64,000 nucleotides of DNA from Tubulanus polymorphus (lineage: Eukaryota > Animalia > Nemertea): contig NC_134030.1 of assembly GCF_964204645.1 (NCBI RefSeq), positions 8,893,222 to 8,957,221 on the forward strand, read 5' to 3'. The notes under the pieces are model-generated. The model saw only the letters and a list, made by a program, of their open reading frames with translations, did no database searches and was not told where the DNA came from. The position numbers were made by a program, and so were the translations under genes. How positions within the stretch are numbered: the first letter of the stretch is position 1; the number at the start of each line of letters is the position of its first letter. Shown here in pieces: positions 10,822 through 22,470 of the stretch.

Positions 10822-10960
10822 GTTTCGACGTTCTCTCCGGACATCTTCCTCAGAAGAACTGAGACAAAGATGGCATTAGGTGACATCCGAAGAACGAACT
10901 AAATTGTGAACGCTGGCTGAATGGTTCTGAGGTCTCAACTATAGTCCCTCGACATAGCAT
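10822..10960 (-). mobile_element. Possible decayed Penelope-like retroelement terminus with hammerhead-like core
   Basis: The minus strand reads CTGAGGA-A-GATGT-ccggagaga-ACGTC-GAAAC (CUGANGA / stem II / GAAAC), preceded by a degenerate ...MSRD...HNLVRSSDVT* reminiscent of PLE GIY-YIG C-termini. Stems I and III are not intact. Confidence 0.35.
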
Positions 10961-11149
10961 ATGGCCTGGGACCTCTAAAAACTGGAAGCTGGTCTAACCA
11001 AAGTTTTACTGTAATAAGCGTGACATAATTGTAGTTTTTGACGCTTTCTGCAGTATTGTATACAGCAATTATGTGCGATGGACCTCTTCATTTTCCACAA
11101 GTTACATTCTTCATTCTTCATTTCCCGTTGCATTAGAAGTTGTTTAAAA

Positions 11150-11186
11150 GGTTTCGGTGGGGCTCGCCACTACACTATGCAAAACC
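11150..11186 (-). pseudogene. Internally deleted tRNA-Val pseudogene
   Basis: GGTTTCGGTGGGGCTCG (complement of the tRNA 3' end) is fused directly to CCACTACACTATGCAAAACC (complement of the 5' end). The flank (GACAAGTCGGAT...) resembles the upstream flank of the intact genes. Confidence 0.75.
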
Positions 11187-11629
11187 GTCAAATTTGAAGC
11201 TGACAAGTCGGATGTTTATTACGAGTGTGGTAGTGGTGTAGAAAACTAGCCTGTACTACTACCTGGACTACATGTACGTGCCATTTCTTTCAATGTTTTT
11301 GGCATTCTCGTTACATTTATAAAACATTTAAAATTCACCTTACTGACTACCTAATTTACTGGAACAACCTGGACGATACGCGCCGTATCAACACCGTCAG
11401 CCGAAACCTTCCCGTGAACAAGCGAGGCTTCATTACTAACCCCTCCGTAAACGCGACCCTCGCTCGTACCATATCTAGATCCAGAGATCCGTGTTTATTT
11501 AGGCTACATGATAAGATTTTACAATTAAGAAACACTATTCGTATCACAATAATGAAATAGGTTTTAAAGTAATTGCTACGTGAAAAGCCAAATGTTGAAG
11601 AATGCATTATCAAATACGGATCACTGGTC

Positions 11630-11847
11630 CGTATTTCTAATTCTGAAAGTCCCTCGCAGCATATGGAACTACTAGATCTGGAACTACTGATCTTAAAATG
11701 GAAAGTAAAAAGTTGCTCAAAAGGTTTCGGCGGGGCTCGTATTTCTAATTCTGAAAGTCCCTCGCAGCATATGGAACTACTAGATCTGGAACTACTGATC
11801 TTAAAATGGAAAGTAAAAAGTTGCTCAAAAGGTTTCGGCGGGGCTCG
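11630..11847. repeat. Perfect 108-bp tandem duplication carrying the tRNA-Val 3' end and terminator
   Basis: 11630-11737 equals 11738-11845; also visible as a repeated 36-aa string in ORF 11573..11881. Confidence 0.95.
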
Positions 11848-11902
11848 AACCCGCGACCTTCCGCGTGTGAAGCGGACGTGATCACCACTACACTACGAAA
11901 CC
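11830..11902 (-). tRNA. tRNA-Val(CAC), identical to the copy at 10398-10470
   Basis: Exact reverse complement of the first copy, ending in a TTTT terminator. About 190 bp of diverged upstream homology (10213-10397 vs 11903-12092). Confidence 0.95.
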
Positions 11903-12286
11903 GATGGCATCAAACTTGTCCAGTCGGATCTTTGTTTGAGCAGTGGACGTAGTGGAAGACTCAAAATGTGTAGCGTCGTGGCACATTAACCAAAATCATT
12001 CGGATTTTTGTGTGCACTATCCTGAACTACAAGCAATTCCTTTCAATTTTATGACATTTATTATGCCTGCACCACCGCGCTATGTCCTTCACACAGATAC
12101 AGTAGCGAGGGTATCCAAGTTAACGATATAGGGTCGGGAGAACAAAAATGAATTTCATATCATCACGTTTTATTCAAAATCTATACAGTGAACTGTTGTA
12201 CAAATGCTGAGGAAGTCTGGAAATACATTTAATAGAAGATTGCGTATAAACGGAATCTAGAATAGCACGGTTCAGTTCTTTGTAAA

Positions 12287-13949
12287 TCATTTCTTGTCAT
12301 CTTCGATGATTCTCAAAAGCTGTTTTTCGACCTGCCCAACGAATGCCGGGAAGGCGCTATCGCTGAGGCACAATCTGATGTAAGAATTCAGCTGAGCCGT
12401 ACTCGGTGCACTTTTCTGCTGACTGTAGGCGAGAGGCAAGTGATAGGGGGTACCTCGGTTTGAGACTCGTTTTGGTGTTGCTATGCACCTGGCCAAATTA
12501 GGAATCGTTACAACGCCTTCCATCCGAGTACTTTCTTCTTCGCCCTAAGTGAAAATAAAAGAAACGTGAACCGTCGTGTAATAAACTCGGCGAGAACACG
12601 AGAAGCGCTCTTTTAGCGGGAAATTCGCCGGACTAAATTGAGAGTTCGCCGAGGAATCGCCCCTAGTCCGTCCGTTGGCCCGGATGAAGAATGCTCCCGT
12701 CAGCTACGAGCAACATCGCCCACGCGCGCTCCTTCTCAAGGGTGGGCAAACAGAAAGGGCTGTATTCACCCATTTCCTGAGAGGGGCACTGTTTAGAAAA
12801 TTTTAGACTATTTCACATTTTTCATATAATAGTGGACTCCTCTTTCTTTGACCTCGGATCTGCCCCTGACGTGTCCGTGGTCGTATCCACATTTTCATTG
12901 AATGTATACATGTATATACACCTGTACCTGAATTGGAACATCGCCTTGACCGACCTGGTGACAGTCAGGAGATATATCCTTTATCGTCAAATACCCAGTC
13001 AAATGTTGACAGAGGATTTTGCAGTACTGCGCGCCGCTTTTCACTTCAGACGCTGCCAACATGATACGAAATTTCCGAGTTTCTTCCTAGATAAAGGTTA
13101 CCAAAATGCCAAGAATGCCATAGATAACTTCTTCAGTTCAGCAAAGCCTAGAAATCAAACTTACGTTTATTTTATAAGCGAACAATATGCTATCTCCTTT
13201 ACAAACCGCTCTCCACTTATCGACGCGGTTTATCAAACTGTGGTTCTCCTTTTTCGAAAACAAAATATTACACATAATTTGTCATCTGAGATTAAGTTTC
13301 AGTCTAACGACATAAAAGGCTAAATAATTAGTTGTTTGTATATAAAACCTGAAAACTGTACACGCGTATCACATCCAGTCGTTTCCAGGGCCGTACCTAG
13401 GCCTAGCATTTGATTTTTGGGGGAGCTAGGCACCCGAAAATGGGAACAATAATATATGCAAAATGGGTACTATCCAAAATGTCTGGGGAGGGAAACTGCC
13501 CACTTTCCCCGCTAAATAGGTCCACCGGGCCCAGATTTTTTAGGGGGGGGGTAGGGACAGACTTACGAGTATCTCTCTTCCGTGGTGAATCAGTAAACTG
13601 CCACTCCTCAACAGCGATAGAGACAAAGGTTTAGCGTTACTTGCATCCAATATCTGGCAAAAATTAAATACGGTTTTTGGAAATGATTGACTCTAGATTT
13701 GCCATGATGTACACCCGGTTCCTCGATGACTTGATTGAAAAGTTTCTTTACCTTCCAATCACCGTCTTTTTTCGCGATGTCACCGGCACCACCACTGGCA
13801 CCAGCCCCTCCAACTGCTCCTGAACACCCGACTCCTCTGGAACTCTCCCCAGAACCACTCCCATCGCCAGTTACTATCGCTGTTCGTAAAAAGCGCGCGT
13901 ATTTGCTTAATTTCCATTGGCCTTCAACTTTCAATAGGGATTCGGCCAT
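12287..13949 (-). CDS. REC114: Meiotic recombination protein REC114 (~261 aa, 5 coding exons)
   Basis: Exons, all phase 0 with GT-AG introns: 13949-13752 (WKLSKYARFL...WK), 13653-13567 (ILDASNAKPLSLSLLRSGSLLIHHGREIL), 13248-13165 (ENHSLINRVDKWRAVCKGDSILFAYKIN), 13086-12928 (EETRKFRIML...), 12544-12287 (LPLAY...YIRLCLSDSAFPAFVGQVEKQL). Matches REC114 signature motifs WPLQRYARC, SRLFRVQF and LRLCLMDQNFPAFVEEVEKEL. AATAAA on the minus strand at 12174-12169. Confidence 0.9.
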
Positions 13950-15291
13950 CTTCTCCAGTTTGAATTCACCGCGCCCATGCGCGCGCGCGCTCTAGCGTAA
14001 CGCCTTTGAATTTTTTTGGCGGTAACTAATAGTAGACTGGTCGCCAGTCTATGAGTACATATTGTTTGTTTGAGCAATTGCCGCTGTAGTTTGTAGTACT
14101 TCTATATCGACCGTATCGCCCAAAAAGGCGCTTCGTAATTCTTGGAGTGACGTTCAATCGTTGGTAACCCGAATCTCGTTCAAATCACACCTGGAAATCA
14201 CAAGGCCTGGCACAACGCAACTAATTTGAGTCATCGCCGCATGGCCCGAGGGGTGGACACGTAAATTCTTGATCTTTAAAATTATTTCAGTCACGATCTC
14301 GATTTTTGCCGTAATTTGATTCGACTACTTTCGACAGAATTCAAGAATCTGTAGAAGTGTGTTATAAATGAAATTGATCAATAGTTTATATAGATTCATA
14401 GAATTATCGGTAGCCACACTCTGACTCTGGAGAAAAGAAGTTTAATACCCGTTATAGTTTTCAACTTATCTGGAATTCTTTTTTTTCTTCTCTTTATTAT
14501 CAAAAATTGAATACTCGGTGTTGAAATCCGACCGTTCTCTTTCCATGAATAATTTCCGCATTAAAAGAACTGCACCACGTGTTTTTATTTTTCCGCTCAA
14601 AGAAGCTTACTGTTCAAAGAAAGTAATGTTATCAGATGCCAAGGCCTCGTTACCAAAGCTTCTTATGCGGTGCCAGGCTTGCTTATGCAACAGATCGTTA
14701 TCGAAATGCTCTAGTTCTTGTCACGTACGAATCTGTGTCGCAGATATAAAAAAAACGACAAAATGTCCTGGTTTGTGGACTATAATTCGAGTAACTGTTA
14801 TGTGAATATCCATCGCTCGGCTACCACTTCACCGGGATAAATAAAGACCCTAGATATAAAACTGGTAATTCCTGGAATCTAGATCTGCCGGTTTACTGTA
14901 AAATCAATAGGCCATTCAACCAACCCGAAGTTAACTGCAGGACCAGGGTAGCATAGCGATTGAACTGCAACGGAGAAATATGATTCAATGACAACCTTTA
15001 GAAGTTCAAATTTTTCTAGCACCCAATCCAGGTCTGAAATAGAATGTAGCACCTTCAGAGCTCCCTAAGTAATTCCAGGCCCTGGACAGTTCTTGGAGGA
15101 TCCAGGGACTATCATCGTGAAAGCGAGGGTCGATGGTAAACCCGTTGCGAGCTGCCCCCTTCGTATTACGTTGCAGTACTCCGCTAAAGAAATCTCCAAA
15201 TGTATGATTCTCTACATCATTGAATTCCGAAAGCCTCCATATTTCGCACATCTACTGTGGACATCTGCCGGATCTCTACAAGATTCCCGTT

Positions 15292-15549
15292 CAGGGTGGC
15301 CACTTTTCGCGCCGTATTTACAAATTCCGAGTTGATTTTTCCATGTGATTAGGGAGTGAGTCAGAGAAATTTTTAGGTTTAAAATGTTACACAGCGTTTC
15401 ATTTTCATTGAATCACGAACTGATAAAGCAGCAAGTGGGTCCAAATTCCCTGGGTTTTCCGTTCTTTTTTGGTTAAATTTGTCAAATGCCCCGATTTGTT
15501 TCGAGATTTTTCCGATTCCCTAAATTTTTCCAGGTCAGTGGCCGCCCTC
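15292..15549. mobile_element. MITE with CAGGGTGGCCAC TIRs and 5-bp TSD
   Basis: TIRs CAGGGTGGCCAC / GTGGCCGCCCTC; CCGTT duplicated at 15287-15291 and 15550-15554; related to 52734-52978. Confidence 0.75.
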
Positions 15550-18500
15550 CCGTTTGACTACCTCCAGTCTAATGGATCGGGACTTCGCTTCCTAAGTGCA
15601 TTTTTGACCTACCGGTACCCTTAAAGTGTGGTAGTTTTCCACCACGCGAAAACTCATACAATTGATTTACCCGACCATGAAATATGAACTAATGCAAAAC
15701 GATCAAACAACGCATATCTTTGGAGTTTTTCATGGAAATATGTTTATTTTTTATCATCAGTTAAAGTTAATTCATTCATATCGATCATCACGGTTTATAT
15801 ATATGGCATACAAATAAGATGGTTTTATTTCAAAATCGCAAATAATCTTCCAGAGACACAACATTCTCGGGACAACCAGACTCTTTTAACAATGGATATT
15901 GAACAGCTTAAACACAGATCAGCTTAAAAAACAGATGTCAACCAACATGCTTTTGCTACCTTTCAAATTTTTATAAACCCTAGGCTGTTCGATAAACGTG
16001 AAAAGCAGATTTCTCACGCACAGTACAAAGCACGATACAAGTCTTGGTCTGTCAAGTTATGTTCGGTTAGTTAATTGAACTCACAGATTGATGTTGTTAA
16101 CACATCGCTATTCCACCGAACACGTGGAAAACAATATCGAAAATAATAAAATATAAATGTGAACAAAAGATCCTTATCACACAAATTCGGTTGTACGTGG
16201 ATTTAACAAACCAGACAACAATGAAACCGCGACCAAGTTTTACATTTATCTGTACGTTGAAACTTTCAAGTTTAACAAATGAAAAAGCACAAATCTTAAA
16301 CAAACTCAACTTACAACTACGTAACTTGGTCCTGTGGTTAGCCTACCTCAATAACGCACTACTTATCGCGCGAAAATCATTCATCTTTTTTTTACAAATA
16401 AAACAAATTCTTCACATTACGCAAATAATATATACATAACCAACTATATGATAATAATAGCAGAGACGAACAGCACGAAAATAAAGCATTTGTTAAACAC
16501 GTTTACGTTAAAGAGCACACAAGAGCTAGCTACATAGTAGTATACGAATATGTAGTACTTCTACTAGTACAACGAAGTCTATTTTATATTGCATTAAACC
16601 AAAAAAAAATAATACGGGAGATTAGCGAATTTCTTATACGTCGAGACATTCATATGATCACATTCGATTGGGAGAAACTATACATTTAATTGGAGAACAT
16701 TTTAGGCACCTCTTCTTCGAATCTACAGTCTATCATTTAGCAAGTGTACTTAGGAAATACGGGCTACGTCCCACTAATGGACAATCTTGCCGCTTGCCAA
16801 TGATAATGAAATATATACTGAAGCACAATTGTTACGGCGCTGGTCATTTACAACTGGCTGAAATCAATTGACTAATTAACCAACCTGTTTTGTATATGTA
16901 CTTGACCACTGGGCTGTTCATAGACTACCGAAATTGCTTGGCAAATTATTTGCAATCTCCTCAACGTAGGGCTTATGTTTTTTCATAGTTTATGAACAGT
17001 TCCTAAAGCGCATAGTTCTGACTAGTTAAAAACACCTGTACAAAACTATATACATTACACACTTCGAAAACGTAATACATTCGTATTCGAATTTGTACAT
17101 CAATGCCGCACAGCGAAAGCCATTTTAATAATCATTATTCGTGCAGTTCTTAATAGTATGTACAAAACTATATTTACACTGTACATTCATACCTATATAA
17201 ACATATACATTAAGGTTAGGTTCCTTAAAATCAAATACCGGTACAAATAATTATCAATTCCACACGCTTATACGAGAAAGCAGTCTTACACAAATCTTAT
17301 CGTAACTACAAAAGGTCCATTTCTAGATTGCAGTTATCGTATTGTAGTGCTGCTTCATATCATTTCTAAAATACACCGTGGCCACCATAAGAAATTTTCA
17401 CTAAATTTGTAGAAAGGTCATACTAACGCAGCAGAAAGTATGGCACCAGAAGTGAATCACTCAGTTCTCAGTAGGCGATTGAATTATAAAATGACAACTA
17501 TCAACACGCACCCACCAAATGCCAAGGCGTCATAGTTCAGAAATTGGCCCGGGTGTCATACATTGAATTGATGCAAAAAATCAACCTAACTAATGATAAT
17601 CACTTCTCATTTCTATACGTACTGGTATGTAATTCCCACGAGTAACTTTCGGTTTCATTGTACCACTCTTGGAGTGAAAAAATGAATATAATTGAATGAA
17701 AACTGGCACATCCGAGTCATCGGGTACATCGAGCTAGGTTCACCGAGGACTAATCATTAGCTAAATCCATACGTACACTAAAGTATAACAACCAGTGTAG
17801 GCAGAGAGCCTTTTCGAACAGCTGCGTAGTTGCGATTCAAAAACGGAACATATCTATCAATCAACATCTTACGTCATCTTGAGGCTTCCAACTGTAGACA
17901 TAAAGTACATACAAGCTCTTACTTGCCGGGGGACATCTGGTGCATACCCAGAACCCCCGAGGTGCAACTCTTTCGCAAAAACCACAGCTGTTCGAATTCT
18001 TATAAAAGAACAGTCACCAACCTTTGAAACGAACAACATTCTTATCGCGGAAATAATTTTTTTCCAACTGCTAAATTAATATCTACTGTTGAAAAGACTA
18101 GGACAATAACTTATCAGTTTTCCACGAAACTAAAACGCCAAGAGAATCAGGATAACTATAGACTTCCAGGAATCTACTAATAGAGATTTTACCGATAATA
18201 ATACTAATAATAATAATACCACTATATATAATAATCATAATAAGATCATTTATTCATAATGAGTCAGTAATTAGTACTGGCTGGATCATTTTTCATAAAT
18301 AAAGCACATTACATATAAACTATAATACGTAATAAGGGTTCTCGTTTTACATATAGAAATGAAGAATCACTCTGACGCTAGAGAAAGTAAAGCTATACAT
18401 ATAAATATGTAAACTTAAGACTTTGTACCAATCATAAAACTGATCGGATCATTATGATTACATATGCGCGATAGTTAACATCGAGGACAGCGAGATTAAG

Positions 18501-19093
18501 TTTCAAAAATTCAACAACGGTGATTAATTAATTAGCTCTGTATTATTATTATCGGATGACACACTAGGGAAAGTGAAATAGAAAGTACACATAACCCCGA
18601 TATTGTCAGGCTTTCAGCACACGAACTAATGCATCAATTATTCATACACATAATTAGCACAGATCTATGACAATTGAAGACATAGGAGGGGAGAGAGAGA
18701 GAGAGATAGTAAACGATCCACCCGTGTACTTCCCTAGAACTAGTCAAAATAACACCTCATATCCAGGAAAGAACTGCATCTGATTCTTGCCGGCGCACGT
18801 AAGCCACGGGGATAATGGCAAACGTGACCCGACATTCATCTCGGAAAGCGAATATTCGAGGTAGAATCATAAAATATACGTTGAGATCAGATATATGTTA
18901 ACTTGTCAATATAATATTTCTATCTAACACAGGAATACATAGTCTACAATTCAACATAACAGGGTAGCACTCGAAGACAAATCAGCCAACTGCATTAGGC
19001 GAATACAAAGCCTAAGACAAACTAACATTTCGCACTCTACTCGCGCGCTACTTGTCAAAGAAAGAAATGAAACAGGTGGTCACATATGTCATT

Positions 19094-19398
<305 letters not shown>

Positions 19399-22300
19399 CA
19401 GTCTGAATTGCGTTGATAGCAGACGTTATAAAAAATCTAAGAATGCATAGACTAAGTGCACAGATATACACATATGCACCTAGACACAAAAGTCACAAAG
19501 TTCTGGCAACTTCAGAAATATTTCATCTGAAGTACCAATCCTACTAATTGATATATTCATGGCTGAAAATAATCAATAATTATTGAAATCAGATATACAC
19601 GATGTACAAACTACAATGATATTTGCCTAGATAGCAATGGTCCGATCTTCCAAATATATTACAAACTGTGCTATTCGAACTTGCGGCGCGTGCAACTCAC
19701 TAGCAATTCAACTTTTCGAAAAATACCTAGAAATATACTTTTCTTTTTTTTTTTCGAAATTCAACCGGCAAACTAGAATTAATCGTATCTTTCGTAGTAT
19801 CTACCGGTAGTATATGTCACGATGCAAGACTCGGTCCTATCTGCCAGAGACCAATAAGCGGTAAATACCTTTTTCTTCGATATAAATATACATGAAGTAC
19901 CGGTATATAATTCATACGTAAATAATGTACAAACATCGACCCACTCAACGCATTCACATCGTCACTAGTTACTTTAGTTATCAAGTAGTTTCATTTTATA
20001 TCTATACTCATATAGCATATATTTAATATACAACAATTGTGCGTAAAATTCGTTTTTGTATGGACACTACCTTATATAACACATATATCATCATCATCAT
20101 TAATCACCGAAATTACGATAAAGACTCATTCTCTCCAAGGATAGCATACATGGCCACGATACAAGGAGGGAAACTATAAAAAGTAATATCTATTGCGTCG
20201 CTGCTGAAACCAGGTGGGAAAACGACCCCAGCGACAATCATCACTCAAAATCAAGACGGGTACATTGCCGGAACATTGATCCATCTTGAGAACAGTGGAA
20301 ATAACTGATAACAACAATATTGACAATACACAATCTTATTCTTTTCTTTCTCATCTATCAGTCTACATATATTTCTCATTTACTCATTGCTTTTTACTGC
20401 GAGAGATGTCACCAGGGTTCCAACAGATCAGGGAATTGAAAATTCCCTAATATTTCCCAGACCATTGCCAAAAACTACCCATATCAAATTACAAGATATC
20501 CTCGGTGGGAGCCGTTTCTTTATGAGAGGTTCCTTGTGCCATTCAGCAATGACTAACGACAAGAGAACAAAATATTCAAATTCCCTTACTTAACCTCGAT
20601 TTTCAAAAAGAGTCGGAATTCCCTGATCTGTAAAACCAAGTGTTTTACGTAGTGAACCGTCTTTAAGATAGCCGACTTAGAAACTGTCACCCTTGATCCG
20701 TTTCAAACGATCGTCCACAAACCCGATAGATAATAGTCAAATATCGATATCTCGGGTGACCTTAAAATAATTCATTGAACAGATCAAGTTTACTCGGAAT
20801 GCTTATCAACAGTGTCTAGCATGCTTTGGAGTATACGATCAGATAATGGATAAGGCGACTGAGTTCCGTAATAATCAACTCTCCGTTCCAACGATCTTGC
20901 AGCACCTGATAATATGCAAAACTACAGTATTTAATTCAAACAACTCGTAATTGAATTTCGTCAAAAATATGCAAAGCTGAACTCTTGAAAATTGCATATG
21001 TTTGAGAGTCTATTCTAACCTCGCGTTGCATACAATTGATCCAACGACCTTAACGAACCACCTTACTAATGCAGCACAGTGTCGTAATATCTTCTATAAA
21101 AGCGATTTTTTCTGAAAGCCGCGTCACATCCAGGGCCTTAGCGCAGGTGGCTCCTGCGCATATACCAAGTGCTATCCATAACGCCAACCAGTCTTACGAG
21201 GCGATGTTTTTCGCGAAATCAGAAAAACAAGCAACACCTGGGCTAGGCCTGAATAACACTTAGTATCAGGGGGGGGGGGACGTTTGAGGAGGGATGTTAT
21301 ATCAAGTGATAATGACTATCGCTCCGTCATAGCTTAATTTCAACTAATGATAAACAATCGAAGGGATATATGGGAGATAATAATCTATACTAGTCGAGAT
21401 AACTACGACTAGTAAAGGTTTGTTAAATTCTACTGGCTGATGAATCCCATGTCATGAGTCAATCGACTTTCTTCCACACAACAACTAAGAGAACTTCCCT
21501 TCTTACATCATTCCGAATTTAAGCGCGTAAAAAGTACAAACTAGCCACATGCCAGGCAGCAAAAATATTTGAAATCTGAACAACTGACTTCTCAAACACA
21601 GGCTTATAATACAGAATCTGTGACAGTTATCATAATACACTTATCAATATAGACAGACAACAATCGTATAATTCATCAAACATTTCTATCCGTCGCATCC
21701 AAGTTAAATCAACGAATCAACGCGCGAGCGCGCACATGACAAGTTCGTAAAATGACCAAATATAGAGACTGTCGTAGTAAATACTTATAATCTCTATGAG
21801 AAAAAAAAATTGTTGCTACCCGCAACAACGAGTTTATCAATCCTATATAACCAACGTATAATCATCGCGATCGTATCGTAACGAGTCATCTCGATGCGCG
21901 ATGTTGTCAAATTGGTTTTATTATGCGCCGCACGAAAAATACTTGACCATTTCTATTCCCCGGATCGATCCACCCTGACCAAAAAAACAAACAGAAAAAA
22001 AAATACGCAGCTAAAAAGATCGATAATCATTTCAGTAGATGATTTACATTTTTCTTTTACATATATAGACATATCAGATTCTATTTCTTTAAAATAACAT
22101 ACTTTACGTTCGTATTTCTTAAACAAACATAGACACACGCCGACATATATATATATTCTTGGTATCTTTCCATACTATAATGAGACATTTTTCTGTCACA
22201 ACGAAGAATTAAGCGTCTTTCATACATAAACGCAAGCACGCAACTGAGTTCAATGTTAACAGATCGTGACATCGTCATCATTCGATCGCGGTAGTTGTTG

Positions 22301-22470
22301 ATTGTAACACACACACACACACTCTTACACGCACAGCAATATCCAGCTCTCATTCTTTTTGTTAATTCTCACAATGCACCATTTTAAATCACAGATATAA
22401 TCCAGTAAGTTTTTTTTATTTTTCGTTATCGATAATCGCGACTGGCTTTTGCGCGCGCGCGCGGGCGTCT

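Noticed and set aside
11723-11739. LTR-retrotransposon primer-binding site for tRNA-Val
   Set aside because: It lacks the TGG complement of CCA and any adjacent LTR; the 108-bp genomic duplication explains it.
14150-14235. THAP-like start (MTQISCVVPG) on the minus strand
   Set aside because: The second Cys and the downstream FP/W/CxxHF motifs are absent, and the frame stops early.
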